Shown piece after piece: positions 51,846 through 64,000 of a DNA stretch of 64,000 bases. A program made the translations under genes and the position numbers. The notes below the pieces were generated by a model. The model worked only from the letters and a program-made list of their open reading frames with translations, ran no database searches and was not told the DNA's origin. The stretch comes from Mobula hypostoma (Eukaryota): NCBI RefSeq assembly GCF_963921235.1, contig NC_086106.1, forward strand, positions 23,870,001 to 23,934,000. The letters are read 5' to 3'. How positions within the stretch are numbered: the stretch's first letter is position 1; each line of letters opens with the position of its first letter.

Positions 51846-53390
51846 TCTCAGAATTTTACTTTCTAACTGCTGTCAAAATCAGGAAGCCTTGAAACTGCGA
51901 ATACGAAATAGTTGTCGGATCTGGGATCAGTGATATCAAACGCAGAGGTCGTGGTATCTGTTGCTTTCAAAGAGGGTCGAAACTTGGCAATCATCAATCT
52001 TGTAATGTTCGGAAACCTAGTTGAATGGAAGCGACCAAGGTAAATTGATGGACCTTTGAATGGTCAGTGAAGGAAGGAACATGAAGAAGTGCACATAACT
52101 GAAGATCAGTCGTATGGTAAAGAAAAACAAACATAAAAAGCAAACAATAAAAAAGCGCCCACGGATTCAGATGAGAGTGCACACAATAAGCACGAGAAAT
52201 CTTGACCAATACACGGAAAGTAATACATAATTTAACATGACAGGGAGGATCTCAGGAGGGGAAGGAATTTCGACGTTCCGGATCGAAAGGCTTCAACAAG
52301 TCTGTAAAGAGGAGAATTTAAATGGCATAAGCAGCTTGGTAGTGGAGCGGACTGCACACCTGCAGTCGATAGATTTGAAAAGGTGAGGGAACGTTTTGTC
52401 TGTATGGGTGACATCAATATTTGTGAAGCTGGAAATGGAACAGTCACTGGGGTCAAGATGAAAGGGTGTCACTGGAGAGAGCAGTACAGTGAATAAGAAA
52501 GTCGGGAACCATATGCTTGTGACAGATAGTTCAAGTTTTGTAGAAGGAAAGACAAGTGGTGAGAGGACCATCAAATTGTAGAAAGAATAAAGCTGAAGGT
52601 GGCTAAGTGACGCGGTCACGAGTAGAAATGGATGATTACAGCTCTCCCCAAAGTGATCCATCAGTCATGTTCCGATCGCCTGATGCGGATCAGAAATTAA
52701 CAAAGTTATGGGAAATCACAGACTTCTAAAAACGAAACTAATAACTTAAAAAAAAATATATATGCGCGACTGTGAAGCTGCCTCTGCGAAACATCTGTGC
52801 GAAATAAGGCAGGTCATCAATGCAACAATCTGAAGTCAGGTAGATTCAGGAAATCTATACCATCGCTTCGGGAAGTGGAGTTATGGTTTAACATGTTGCA
52901 TCAGTCTCTGAAAGGGCGTCATTAAAGTGTGACTTGCTGACTGGTGATGTAACCATTTCCAGAATGTCATCACGAGGAAATCTGCAGCTGCTGCTATTTC
53001 ATGCAACAAATTTAAAAGTTGCTGGTAAACAACATGCCAGGCAGCATCTCTAGGAAGAGGTACAGTCGATGTATCGGGCTGAGACCCTTCGTCAGAATGC
53101 CATGACTGTTTTATTCAGGGTGGGGGGCAGAGGGTTTGTCAGAAAGACTTTGGCACGACTTCACGCCCTGTTCCCTCATGGAAAAAAACATAATGAATGT
53201 TGGTCCTCAGTAGATTTGCTGTCTGTACGATGTTTCCCATCAGTCCCATTTAGCGTTGTGTTGAATCGGAGTTTAATTGTTTTTCATTCGCCACTTAAAA
53301 CTGTCCTTCAAATGAAAATGAATAGTGCGAATGCATAAACGAGAACTGAGTTTTTTTTTATCTACATGCGCCGTGTTAAAATAGGGGAAA

Positions 53391-53863
53391 ATGAAAATAT
53401 TGTCTTCTATTCGCTATTCGTTATCAGCAATATTGTCAATATATCGATATTTTTCCAGCGCATGTTGATGAGCAGAAAAGTTTCATTGTTGTTTTTTTTT
53501 TATGTTCTACAAGTTCCGAGACGTGAATCGTTTCATCCTCTCTGGAGTACAATGAAATCTCAGTATTGATGCTTAATTAGTGATTCGTCTTCTGGACTAT
53601 CCTTTCAGATCTCTTTCCATCATTGAAAATTCATTCCGATTAATCGATGCACCTCGTAATTTTAACTCCAGACGACTCATAAATAACAATCCCAATCAAC
53701 TTTCTAAACGATACAACTTTGAACTCTGGGTTGGAAGCAGAAGCGTCCGCAGAATGGCGACGCATTCCATGGAGAACACGTGGTGATAATTTGCAGTTGA
53801 CCTCGGAAATAAACTCCGTAGCCTGAGGCCCCGAGCTCTAAAACTGTCGTGTAAAAAACAACG
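53391..53863 (+). pseudogene. Highly decayed V relic (block B copy)
   Basis: Paralog of 12884-13360. The 3' end GCT CTA AA AC TGT CGT resembles ALYYC. Acceptor mutated to AA. Confidence 0.42.
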
Positions 53864-54268
53864 CTGTTGTGGGCTTCTTAACAATGGAGACTCAGATGAT
53901 ACCGGCACAGATACAAGGGCAGTAGGCCGATATGAACGGTACCAAACTTTTAACCTTATCGGTCAATTGATATATATCTGGTCCATGTATTTTTGCAGAC
54001 TTCTATAAAACGCTAAAATAGAGACCTCTTTGTGGAGATATCGCATATTTCTGGAAATACAGCAATGCCCCAGCGGGATAGACAATGACGTGATGCATTG
54101 TTGCCTGATATTCTAATACAAGATAGAAAATAGGTTAATGTGGCACAAGTATCTACTCCCCTCTTGTGACTTCATTCCAATGTAGTAGTTGTGGGAAGAA
54201 TGAGGTTCTTTTTGATTTGATATGCATAGCAAACTCAACGGAACCTCATGCGTTCTATAATGTATATG

Positions 54269-54733
54269 GCGATTACAAAACAAATAGAATGCTTTTAACA
54301 TCGGTTGCTTTAGGCATGAGATATCTGAAGACGTTGTTTTATTTGCCACTCTTTCATCTTACCCGGCAGCTGAAGACCGGCAATTCGCAATCCACAATAA
54401 GACATGAGTATATTTGCCTCCTGTCGGGTCCGCGGTCTCAACAAGCACAATCACATGAGTACCAGTATATTCAGTCTGCCCTTCCGGGATTGGCATCAGC
54501 AGTGAAAGCTCTGTTCCACCGGGTAACAAGATGACAAGGGAGAACAATGAACTCGTATATTTCACAGTTCGCGATATTCCTGTCATGTCCTCGACATGTC
54601 AGTGGCTCTGTACGTCTTTGAGATATTTCCTAAGCAGTCTGAGCAGGGAAGTGGGAAACCAGTTGGAACATTGATCACTTTATTGTAGACAAATGCAGAA
54701 AAACACAATAGAGAGCCAATGAGAGCAGGTCAT
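54269..54733 (-). pseudogene. Decayed inverted V relic (block B copy)
   Basis: Leader MTCSHWLSIVFFCICLQ* (54679-54733, 55 nt, phase 1), 99-nt intron, exon with PGGTELSL-C, IYWY, FSCRV and VANKTTSSDISCLKQPMLKAFYLFCNR. Confidence 0.62.
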
Positions 54734-55528
54734 ATTTTTAAACTGACAGGGCGCAGACTACGCAACATTCTGATTGTTCTTTTGTTCTGAGTTATGAGTT
54801 TTGACGTAGCTCACGACAGTTTGCTTTCAAACTAGAAACCAAATTGCAGTAGTTGCATTTTTAGAGCCACACGAATGAAGCAATAATCAAATAGTGTGCC
54901 TTGTGTTCCCTGCAGTCCAATAAGGAGGTGTACATCTTATCATTGGTCCAACAATTTACTTGTAAGGCACTGTAAACCAAGCATGGGAATGCCTGTTGAA
55001 AAGCCAGATTAGTCTTAACTATAGAATCACAAAATATTGCATATGCATTAGTCTGTCCTATCTGTTGAGGCAAGTTCGCACGCACCAATGAGATACACGT
55101 TCATTTTTTTTGTATGACAATATTGCGATACATGCAATCAGATTAGCAATGAAACATTCTCAAGCATATGTCAAAATTTCGTCAGCTGCCTTTGCTATGC
55201 AAAAGGACAAAGTGGGAATGATGCTTTGGCATGTTGTTAGAGAATATGAGCGACAGCTTACTGTTCATTGTTAACCATTGCTTGAAACAGTACATTGAAC
55301 GGACGCCGATCTAAACTTTCAGTGTTGTTTTGCATTTCCAGCTGGTATCCATCGGGATTACGCCCTCTGATCAAGCACCTTTCAACAAAGTTTTGGTATT
55401 CACTCGTTCAGATCTCTGGACCCGTTACACTCATAGAGTGAGGTTCGTTGCACTGCGTTGAATTCTTTGCTGTCATTGATGCCGACGTGTGTCGTTTCCT
55501 GACATCAAGTGGTATTAAAGAAGGTATT

Positions 55529-56960
55529 TGTCATGGTCCGGTCCGTAAAGTCCGCGTTCCGGTTCTCGGTCAGGTCCGTGGGCACGGGACTCCAGGTCTT
55601 CCGGTTGTTCCTCGCTTCAGGTGGGCTTAATCATTGGTACATGATGCTCGACTGGGAATATACGTGGCCCTGGGTTCGAGTGTGGTTGCTGATTCATCTC
55701 GGCAGTTCCCGTCCTCGTCTCTGCAGGGTAAGTCAGGCCGTCTTTATCGTTACCCTACTATTGTATCTCTTCCTTCCCGTAATTGCCTCCGTAGTGTAAG
55801 CCAGGTACTCTTTGTCTTTAACCTGAAGCTGGAGTGTTCACTCCCCTCCCCCTGCCTTCTGAAGCCTTTCCTGCAACCTGTGTCTGGAGCCCTGCCTGCA
55901 ACCTCTGACCGGTGCCCTGCATGCAAACTGCGTTTGGAGCCCTGCCTGCAACCCGTATCTGGAGCCCTGCCAGCAATCTGGTCAAGTTCAGCCACCGGAA
56001 CGAGACCGGAGCCTTGTTCTATCAAGAAAAGGAACTAACTGTCTGGCCGTCTGCCGCTACCTAGTTTTCGGAACTGTTTCTGTGTCCACGCCTTCGAAAC
56101 GTAGTTCATGGGGTTTGCCGCTACCTTGTGTGGGGAACCATCTCCTCGTGTCTGCATTCTGTGTAGACCTCCGGCGTCATGTCCTCTTCCCAAGATAGGT
56201 TCCCGGCTCTGTGTTCCATGTACCTGTGTTCCTTTCTCTCAAGTCCAAGGCGCTCCGTGCTGCCGTGCTCAAGAATAAGGCTCCGTTTTCTGAGTTCCTG
56301 CCGTCCCAAGTCCAAGGTTCCGAGGTTACTGTCTTCCCAAGTCCAAGGCTCTGCTGTTCCTGAGTACCAAGTCAAGGCCTTATGTTTTCGTCCTGTCCAT
56401 TTGCCTCGTCCTGTCCATGTGTCTTTTCCTGTCCTGGAGTTCCCTCGTCCTGCCCAGGTGTCTCTCGTACTGTCTTGTAGCCGCGCCTAGTCCTGTCTCC
56501 TAAGACCACGTCATCCCTTCGCATTGTTCCGGAGTCCGAGCACTAGTCAAGACCCAGGTTATTGGTCCTTGTCCTGTCTCTGGCTCGGAGTCCGAACACA
56601 AGCCTCATCATGTCCTCTCCTCGAATATCCCAAGCCATGACGAAACCAAGCCATGAGGAACCCCAGCCATGAAACAAAATAATGAAGCTATGTGCAGTTC
56701 TATAGCTACACCATGTCCTCGCCTAGTTCCGGTGTCGGAGCCCGATTCAAGCCCCTGGTTCTGGGCCCTTATACAGTATTTGGCACGTGGTCCAAGCCCA
56801 GGCTCCTACTTCCCAGTTCCTTGTCCTGGTCCCGCTTGCCTAGACAATGTGCAAGTTCAAGTTAATGTTCTTGTCCCAGTTCTCTAGTCAAGTCATGTTC
56901 CTAGTACTTCAGTGTCTGTGCCTTCCATTTGGGCCCGGTCCCAGCTTCCCCGCTATGACA
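55529..56960 (+). mobile_element. Solo LTR-like element with 5-bp TSD
   Basis: TGTCA...ATGACA termini flanked by GTATT on both sides (55524-55528 and 56961-56965); no coding capacity; internal tandem repeats. Confidence 0.82.
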
Positions 56961-57439
56961 GTATTAATCCTCGACAGACTTCAGACCGCCGCTAGTATTA
57001 TGAAAACATGAAAAAAAACAATAGAACTATGTTATACCACGACACTTTATTATTTCACGTTTGAATAAACCTCCCATTAACAACCGAGGCTGCTGAATGT
57101 GCGAGGAATAAGAATATTAATGTGATTACAACATTTTTAGAATGTTGTTTTGTTAGTATTGCAGCGCGAAGACAGCGAAGTGCAGACACTTCAGCTTTAC
57201 AACACTTGAAATCAGATAGCTGTTTATTAACGTAATTGAAATATCCATGGTTGGAGTACAATGAATCTACATAGATATTTCATAAGACTGTTATATACAA
57301 CGTGACAGCGACTCTGAAATGTATATCGACGAAGAGCATAAAATTTAACAAATCCGCCGACACTTGTGGTTATATTGTGGCAGGAAGAAAGCAGGACAGC
57401 TGGGATATGATGTCTCTGCATAGAGGGATTCACAGGGCT

Positions 57440-60400
57440 GAGTGCAAGCGACTTGTTGCTTAATCGCGAAGCCATCGCACACATTGTCGAAATATCTAAT
57501 GATTTCGCTTTTTCAATGCAGTGTTCTCGTGCATGTGTGTTGAAACTCTGACTAAGCTCCAAGTTAAACCGGACCCGGTGAGGACAGAGTCGTGGTAAGG
57601 TTAACCATTTACTGTTCCACATTAGCGTTGTATGGTGAAAATATAAACATATCCAGCTTCTGTTTTATTCAGGAGACTACGTGCCCTCTGTTCTTTCAGC
57701 GACTGTATCCAGCCGCCCCGAGTAGAGAGTAAAGGGGGTCCCGTCAAATCACCGCCGGGCCCGAGCCCACCCCGCGTTGTTTCTTTGTGGATAGACATGG
57801 AGTCTTCACGATCATGCTGCAAGCATTGAAACCACCGTAACACCTTCCCGAACCAGAGGTTACACAGAAGACGCGGCGAAACCGGGGGTGACGTCATCAC
57901 ATGCCGCATTACCACAGAAAATGAATTTACCTTTGTTATACTGTAACTTAATTATCAACCTTTACCATTAACTAGAAAATAGTTACAAAAAAATCATTTA
58001 AAGCATAGACCCAACAAAGTAAAATTAATGCCTTAAGGACAACACACATCCCGCCTGACCTTTGTAAGGTCACTATAAACATGGTATGGAAGTTTAGTCT
58101 CCAGGTCAGTCTTTAGGTAGAAGTAGAACAACCTCTGTAACTGGTCTCAGGTTTCCTTTTCAGGGTTAGTTGTAAAGATGTGAACCGGTTGACTGCCGGC
58201 TCTTTGTTGTTTGGGGAGCGCTGGCATGGTTCTCTGAACGGTAGTGGGACGACCTTGTTGTTCGCTTCGTCTCTAGTGTTCTTTGTGTTCATTCCTTTTG
58301 AGGAGATGGCCTTTTCCACAGATGGAACAAGTTTATTATCGTGCTTAGTGTGAGCGAAGACTGACTGTCCCAGTGTCTTCTCAGTTACTGTACTATGCTC
58401 GTTCCTTTGTTGTGCTTCCTTGATACACTCAACACTTGTGGAAGGCTGAGAAATTGAATGGCGTCCACTTTCTAGCACGTTAATCTTAAGCGTGTTAACT
58501 GTCGGTTTGTGTACGTTTCAGGACACACCGCTCGTATCACCACCCAGCCCAGATCCAGACGTCGGGCGAAAGGGCCGTTGTGTGGTTCACTAACGTGCTG
58601 CCTGACTTTGTGCATCCTAACTACGTCTCTTCCGAGTAACAAGAGTGTTTCTGCTTCCAGATCCAGTTCTCGGATGTCCTTGACAATGTGGTGGAGATGG
58701 GGCTGGTATAAAACTGTGCTTGATATCAGAATCTCGGATCGGTCATTTAAGATCGGATTACACTCTAAGCTTGAGGGTAGTCTGATGAGGACGTTGCCAT
58801 CCAGCAACTCGAGCTGGAAGCCTTCTGCCTTCCTGTCACATATTTCTGCGATAACAGAACAAGTTCTGACGTAGAATAGGAATGGATTACCCTTTACGCT
58901 GAACAACTCGAAGAACTCTGTTCTCACGAGTGAGCGGTTGGTCTGGTCGTCCAAAATTACATGGTATTTGATGGCCTTGTTTTTTGCTCCATTAGGGTTT
59001 AACATAGTGAGCCAGATCTTTAAGCACGAACGGCTCGAATGACCCGAACGACCTGGACTGCAAACTTCTGTGCAGCTCGAGCTGACAATAATTGTAACAG
59101 AGTGATGCTCTCATTCCCCTCTATCCTCTTGTGGGAGCGGAGGAGCCTTGGCAGTTTCGGGTGACGGGCAGGGATGCCTGGCTCCATCGTGATTAGTGCT
59201 TTACATTCCGAGCAGTTTACAGGGAACGTGCACTCTTTAGCGAGGTGGGATGTAGAGGAACAACACTTAAAACATGTTTTTTTCCTTGAAAAAGGCCTTT
59301 CTTTCGTAAAGGGTTTGTTTTGGAACATTCTGCATTTTTGAGGGGGTGGGGTTTGTTGTGCAATGGACAATTCTTACAAGGCTCATCGTTGTTTGAAGAG
59401 ACTTCTGTTTTATGCAATGAGACAGGTTTATTGATGACAACATTGTTCAAAATGGGTTTGACTGGGTTGGTGTGCATTGGGGTGCTGCCTTGATTTATGA
59501 AGCTCGGGTCGTTTCGACTCTTTGCCTCCTTGCATACAAACCTACAAAAATACTCAAAGAGAGGCAATCGACCACCATTCTCTTCCGTGTACTCTGAGAC
59601 AATTGACACCCGCCTTTCCTGCAGCCCAAATGGAACGTTGTCCACAATTGCTCCAACTCTCTGTAAGGTATCCAGATACCAAAAGTCAGTTAAATAGCCG
59701 TCTTCATTAGCACCTTCTATCCCCATCAGTGAATCTCCGAGTTCTCGTATTTAGTGTGGTCCTTGGCTAACACCTAGGAATATTTCCAGCCGTTCAAATA
59801 TCGCCCTCTCAATAATTTCGGGGTCCGCATAGCACCCCCGCAAACTCTCCCATGCTTTCTGTAATGCTAGCTTGTGGTTGCTGACGTACACTGAGCGTAT
59901 GCATTTCACCAGTTCAATTGATTCCTTTCCAGCTATTTAGTCATAAGGTACAACTCTTGGGTTGCTGTGACCTCCACTCCGCCGGTGCACTGGTGAAAGA
60001 GGAATACCACGCCTGGTAATTTTCTGGTTTATCGTCAAATGGTACAGTCCTGAATTGACGTGGTCTCGTCGAGCTAGGTACTGCACCAAGGGTTCTGCTG
60101 TAGGTGGCGTGCCAGCTGGGGGAATATGTTAGGGAACATATGACTGAGCGTGTACGTTCATGATGGGATTTGATGTGTTGACTTAAACCTTTGTCTCTGA
60201 TCTCGCCCGATCTTCCAGATTTGTTTTCAGAAAGTATTCGTAGCCATCCCTTTCATACTTGACTTATGGCAAGGTTGCAATTGTGAGTTGTCTTCCCCAG
60301 ATGTAAGCGATGCAACGAAGCTTCCCTGTGATTTTACATGAGATGGGACGGCAACAGGCAAGTATGGAGACCGAGAATGAATCTACAGGTTAATTTGAGA

Positions 60401-62420
60401 TTGGACATATTCGTAGGTGCGTTCCAATTAGTCCCTTTCCGACATAGATTTTACTGCTTCGTCTAGAACGTGCATTTCTTCAGCGTTTTCCAACACGTGT
60501 GTGTCCACCGTGGCCGCATCAGCTTCTCGTTGTAGCGGCAGCACCTCTAACTCTGTATCTATATTTGCCTTTACCAACTGGTTTTCCGCTTTTCCGGCAG
60601 GTTTTTCCATATTCAGTTTTGCTTCTTGGTTTCCGTGAGAGGTTCGCACCTTGGCGGCTTCTGCTTTAGCTCTTGCTGGGACAGCCACTCTTGTCGACGT
60701 CCTACTGCTCTTGGCGCTTAATGCAAGCGACCTGATGCTTAATCGCGAAACCATCGTACCAATTGTCGAAACATCTAATTATTTCGATTTTTCACTGTAG
60801 TGTTCTCTTGCAGTGTGTGGAAACTCTGACTAAACACCAAGTTAAACCGGAGCCAATGAAGACAGAGTCGTGGTAACGTTAATCATTTACTGTTCGTTCT
60901 TCAGATTAACATTGTATGGTAAAAATAGAAACATATACAGCGTCTGTTTTATTCTGGAGACCACGGGCGCTCTCTTCTTTTAGTGAGTGTATCCAGCCGT
61001 CCCGAGTAACGAGCGAAGGAGGTCCCGTCAAACCAACGCCGGGCCCAAGCCCATCCCGCGTTTAAAATTGAGAAGCCGACACGCGCGCCACGCGAATCGC
61101 CGTCCCTAAATAGAAACCGCGTTAATAGTTTTACTTCAAATACTTTCATAGGAACCTGCGGCATTGCTTCTATAAGGTTTCTTTGTGGGTGAAAACGCAG
61201 CTCTTCGCCATCATGCTGCAAGCATGGCACACATCTTAACATCTTCCCAAACCGGAGGTTACAGATAAGACGCGGCGAAACCGGATGTGACGTCATCACA
61301 TGCCGCGATATACCATAGACAATGAATTTACCTTTGTTATATTGTAACTTAATTATCAGCCTTTAACTTTAACTCGGAAATAGTTACAAACAAATAATTT
61401 AAAGCTTAGACCCAGCATTGTCAAATAAATGCCTTCAGGGCAACATACTCCCCGCCTGACCTTTGTAAGGTACTATAAACATGGTATAGAACTTTAGCCT
61501 CTAGATCAGTCTTCAGGTAGAAGTAGAACAACCTCTGTAACTGGTCTCAGGTTTCCTTTTCAGGGTTAGTTGTAAAGATGTGAATCGATTGACTGCCGGC
61601 TCTTTGTTGTTTGGGGAGCGCTGGCATGGTTCTCTGAACGGTAGTGGGACGACCTTGTTGTTCGCTTCGTCTCTCGTGTTCTTTGTGTTCATTCCTTTTG
61701 AGGAGATGGCGTTTTCCACAGATGGAACAAGTTTATTATCGTGCTTAGTGTGAGCGAAGACTGACTGTCCCAGTGGCTTCTGAGTTACTGAACTATGCTC
61801 GTGACTTTGCTGTGCTTCCTTGATACACGTAACACCTGTGGAAGGCTGAACAATTGAATGGCGACCACTTTCTAGCACGTTAATCTTGAGCGTGTTAACT
61901 GTTGGTTTGTGTACGTTGCCAGGCCACACCGCTTGTATCACCACCCATCCCAGATCCAGACGTTGGGCGAACGGGTCGTTGTGTGGTTCACTGACATTGT
62001 CCATCCTAAGTACATCTCTTCCGAGTAACAGGAGTGTTTCTGCTTCCGGATCCAGTCCTCGGCTGTCCCTGGCAATGTGGTGGAGATGGGACTGGTATAG
62101 CACTGCGCTTGGTATTGGAATCTCGGATCAGTCATTTAACATCTGATTACACTCTAAGGTTGGGTAGAGACTGATGACGATTTTGCCATCCAGCGACTCG
62201 AGCTGGAAGCCTTCTGCCTTCCTGCCATATGTTTCTGCGATACCAGAGCAAGTACTGAAGTAGAATAGGAATGGAATACCGTTTACGCTGAACAACTCGA
62301 AGAACTCTGGTCTCACTAGTGAGCGTTTCCTATGGTCGTCCAGAATTGCATAGGCTTTGATGGCCTTGTCTTTGCCTCATTTAGGGTATACCTTACTGAG
62401 GCAGATCTTTATGCACGAAA
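57440..62420 (-). mobile_element. Tandem, internally deleted BEL/Pao LTR retrotransposon array
   Basis: Gag zinc knuckle CFKCCSSTSHLAKEC, protease-region VILDDQTNRSL, LLLGRD and LDLGWVV. LTR-like repeats at ~57610-58045 and ~60888-61445, each preceded by GGTCAGGCGGG. No RT, RNase H or integrase. Confidence 0.85.
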
Positions 62421-64000
62421 AGTAACCTTTCAGTATTTTATACTGTGCCCTGAAAGACCAACAAACCTAACCTGGAGTGTAACAGCCAATGAGCTGATCT
62501 CCCACTTAATGTTAAACAGTATCTCTGATGTATGTTCACCCACTTTACATTCTCAGCGATTAATCCAATGCAGCAGTTCCAGGAACAGTCCATCCCTACT
62601 ATTGTGAGAAAGGCTATCAATCAAAACATAATTCCTTCGTATAGCCCTGTTATCGACCAGCATGGGCGATGTGTTTATTCAGACACTATTGTTGCATACA
62701 TACGGCACCAGGTATACACCGCACAACCCTGTGTAAAAAAATTGCTTCTGCTCGGAACTCCATTGGCAATAAGACTCATACAGCTTTTAGCAAGTATCAA
62801 GCCTCTGAGCATAATTTGCAATAGTCACAGTTAACCCAGTATAATGTTCCTGCTCACACTTGGCATCACTCATGCAACTGGTCGCTCTAATCACCATACC
62901 ATCAAAACTCTGACTAGTGGGAATTCTCTTTATTAGTCAGACAATTCCAATTATACAAATGGTTTACTGGGAAAATACAACATCTCAAAACGCTCAACTC
63001 CCTTAAGACTGGTTTAGTAAGTTTGAGATTTGCAGAAAGAGGCTATTTTCTCCTCAGTTCCCGCAAAACAGAATAACAAAACACGAAAAGACAGATAACG
63101 TTGCACCAACAATCACAAAATGATCGATATAAGTGGCAAATTTGGTATGTAGTAAGGAATCTTCATACAAATTCAACAATCTGGCCTATTGCTCCACAGT
63201 GCAAATTCCATTGCCTTCTTCAGGAATACATAACAGTATCATCAACCGCATATCGTCATTCATAGAAACATAGAAAACCTGCAGCACAATACAAGCCCTT
63301 CGGCCCACAAAGTTTTGCTGAACCTGTCCTGACATTAGAAGTTACCAGGGTTACCCACAGCACTCTATTTTTCTAAGCTAACTATAAACTATCCAAAAGT
63401 CTCTGATAAGACCCAATAGTATTCGGTTCCACCACCGTTGCCGTCAGCACATTCTACGCAGTGACCACTCTCTGCGAAAAAAAACACTTACCCCTACCAC
63501 CTCCTTTGTACCTACTTCCCAGCACCTTAAATTATGCCCTCTTGTGGGAGCCATTTCAGACCTGGGAAAAACCCTCTGACTATCCACGCGATCAATGCCT
63601 CCTATCATCTTATAAAACTCTATTAGGTCACCTCTTATCCTTGGTCGCTCCAACGAGAAACGGCCGATTTCACTGACCCTGTTTTCATAAGGCATGCGCC
63701 CCAATCCCGGCAACATCCTTGTAAATCTCGTCTGCACCATTTCTATGCTTTCCACATTCTTCCTGCAGTGAGGCGACCAGAACTGAGCACAGCACTCCAT
63801 GTTGGGTCGGACCAGCTTCCTATGTAGATGCAATATTACCACTTGGCTCATAAATTCAATACCGTGATAGAAAACAGGTCAATACACCGGATGCCTTCTT
63901 AACCACAGAGTCAACCTGCGCAGCTGCTTTGAGCGTCCTATTGACTCGGACCCCAAGATCCAACTGATCCTCCACACTGCCAATATTCTTACTATTGATA
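62407..64000. repeat. Start of third duplication copy C
   Basis: TCTTTATGCACGAAAA at 62407 matches position 1 and stays collinear with 1-1600 to the window end. Confidence 0.95.
63261..64000 (-). mobile_element. CR1-type LINE 3' fragment (block C)
   Basis: LVRPNMECCAQFWSPHCRK; paralog of 856-1770. Confidence 0.88.

Larger units (their letters stand above)
42580..56745. repeat. Segmental duplication block B
   Basis: Offset 42575 at the V gene and about 40440 after the A-specific CR1 insertion. Homology to A ends at GAGCCCGA (16180/56745). Confidence 0.95.

Noticed and set aside
42580-56745. A/B duplication as a false haplotype duplication
   Set aside because: About 9% exon divergence plus kb-scale TE differences and different flanks are more consistent with true paralogs. 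This is not formally excluded without reads.

Overview
Vertebrate genomic DNA, most likely from a cartilaginous fish (inferred from V-gene style and repeat families). It covers part of a T-cell receptor V-segment array of TRA/TRD type. Three V genes look intact on the + strand (4306-5170, 40474-41325, 46890-47745), each with a leader exon, phase-1 intron, V exon and 23-bp-spacer RSS. A fourth V of a different family (17700-18151) carries one in-frame stop. Several heavily decayed V relics occur in both orientations. No D, J or C segments were found. The window is built from nested duplications: block A (~17-16180) recurs as B (~42580-56745), and a third copy C starts at 62407. The rest is transposon debris (CR1, RTE and Rex/Babar LINEs, Tc1/mariner, a solo LTR family, a tandem internally deleted BEL/Pao element, Penelope-type ends with hammerhead-like cores), microsatellites and a 232-nt gap. 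All alignments were done by eye; TE and relic boundaries are approximate.
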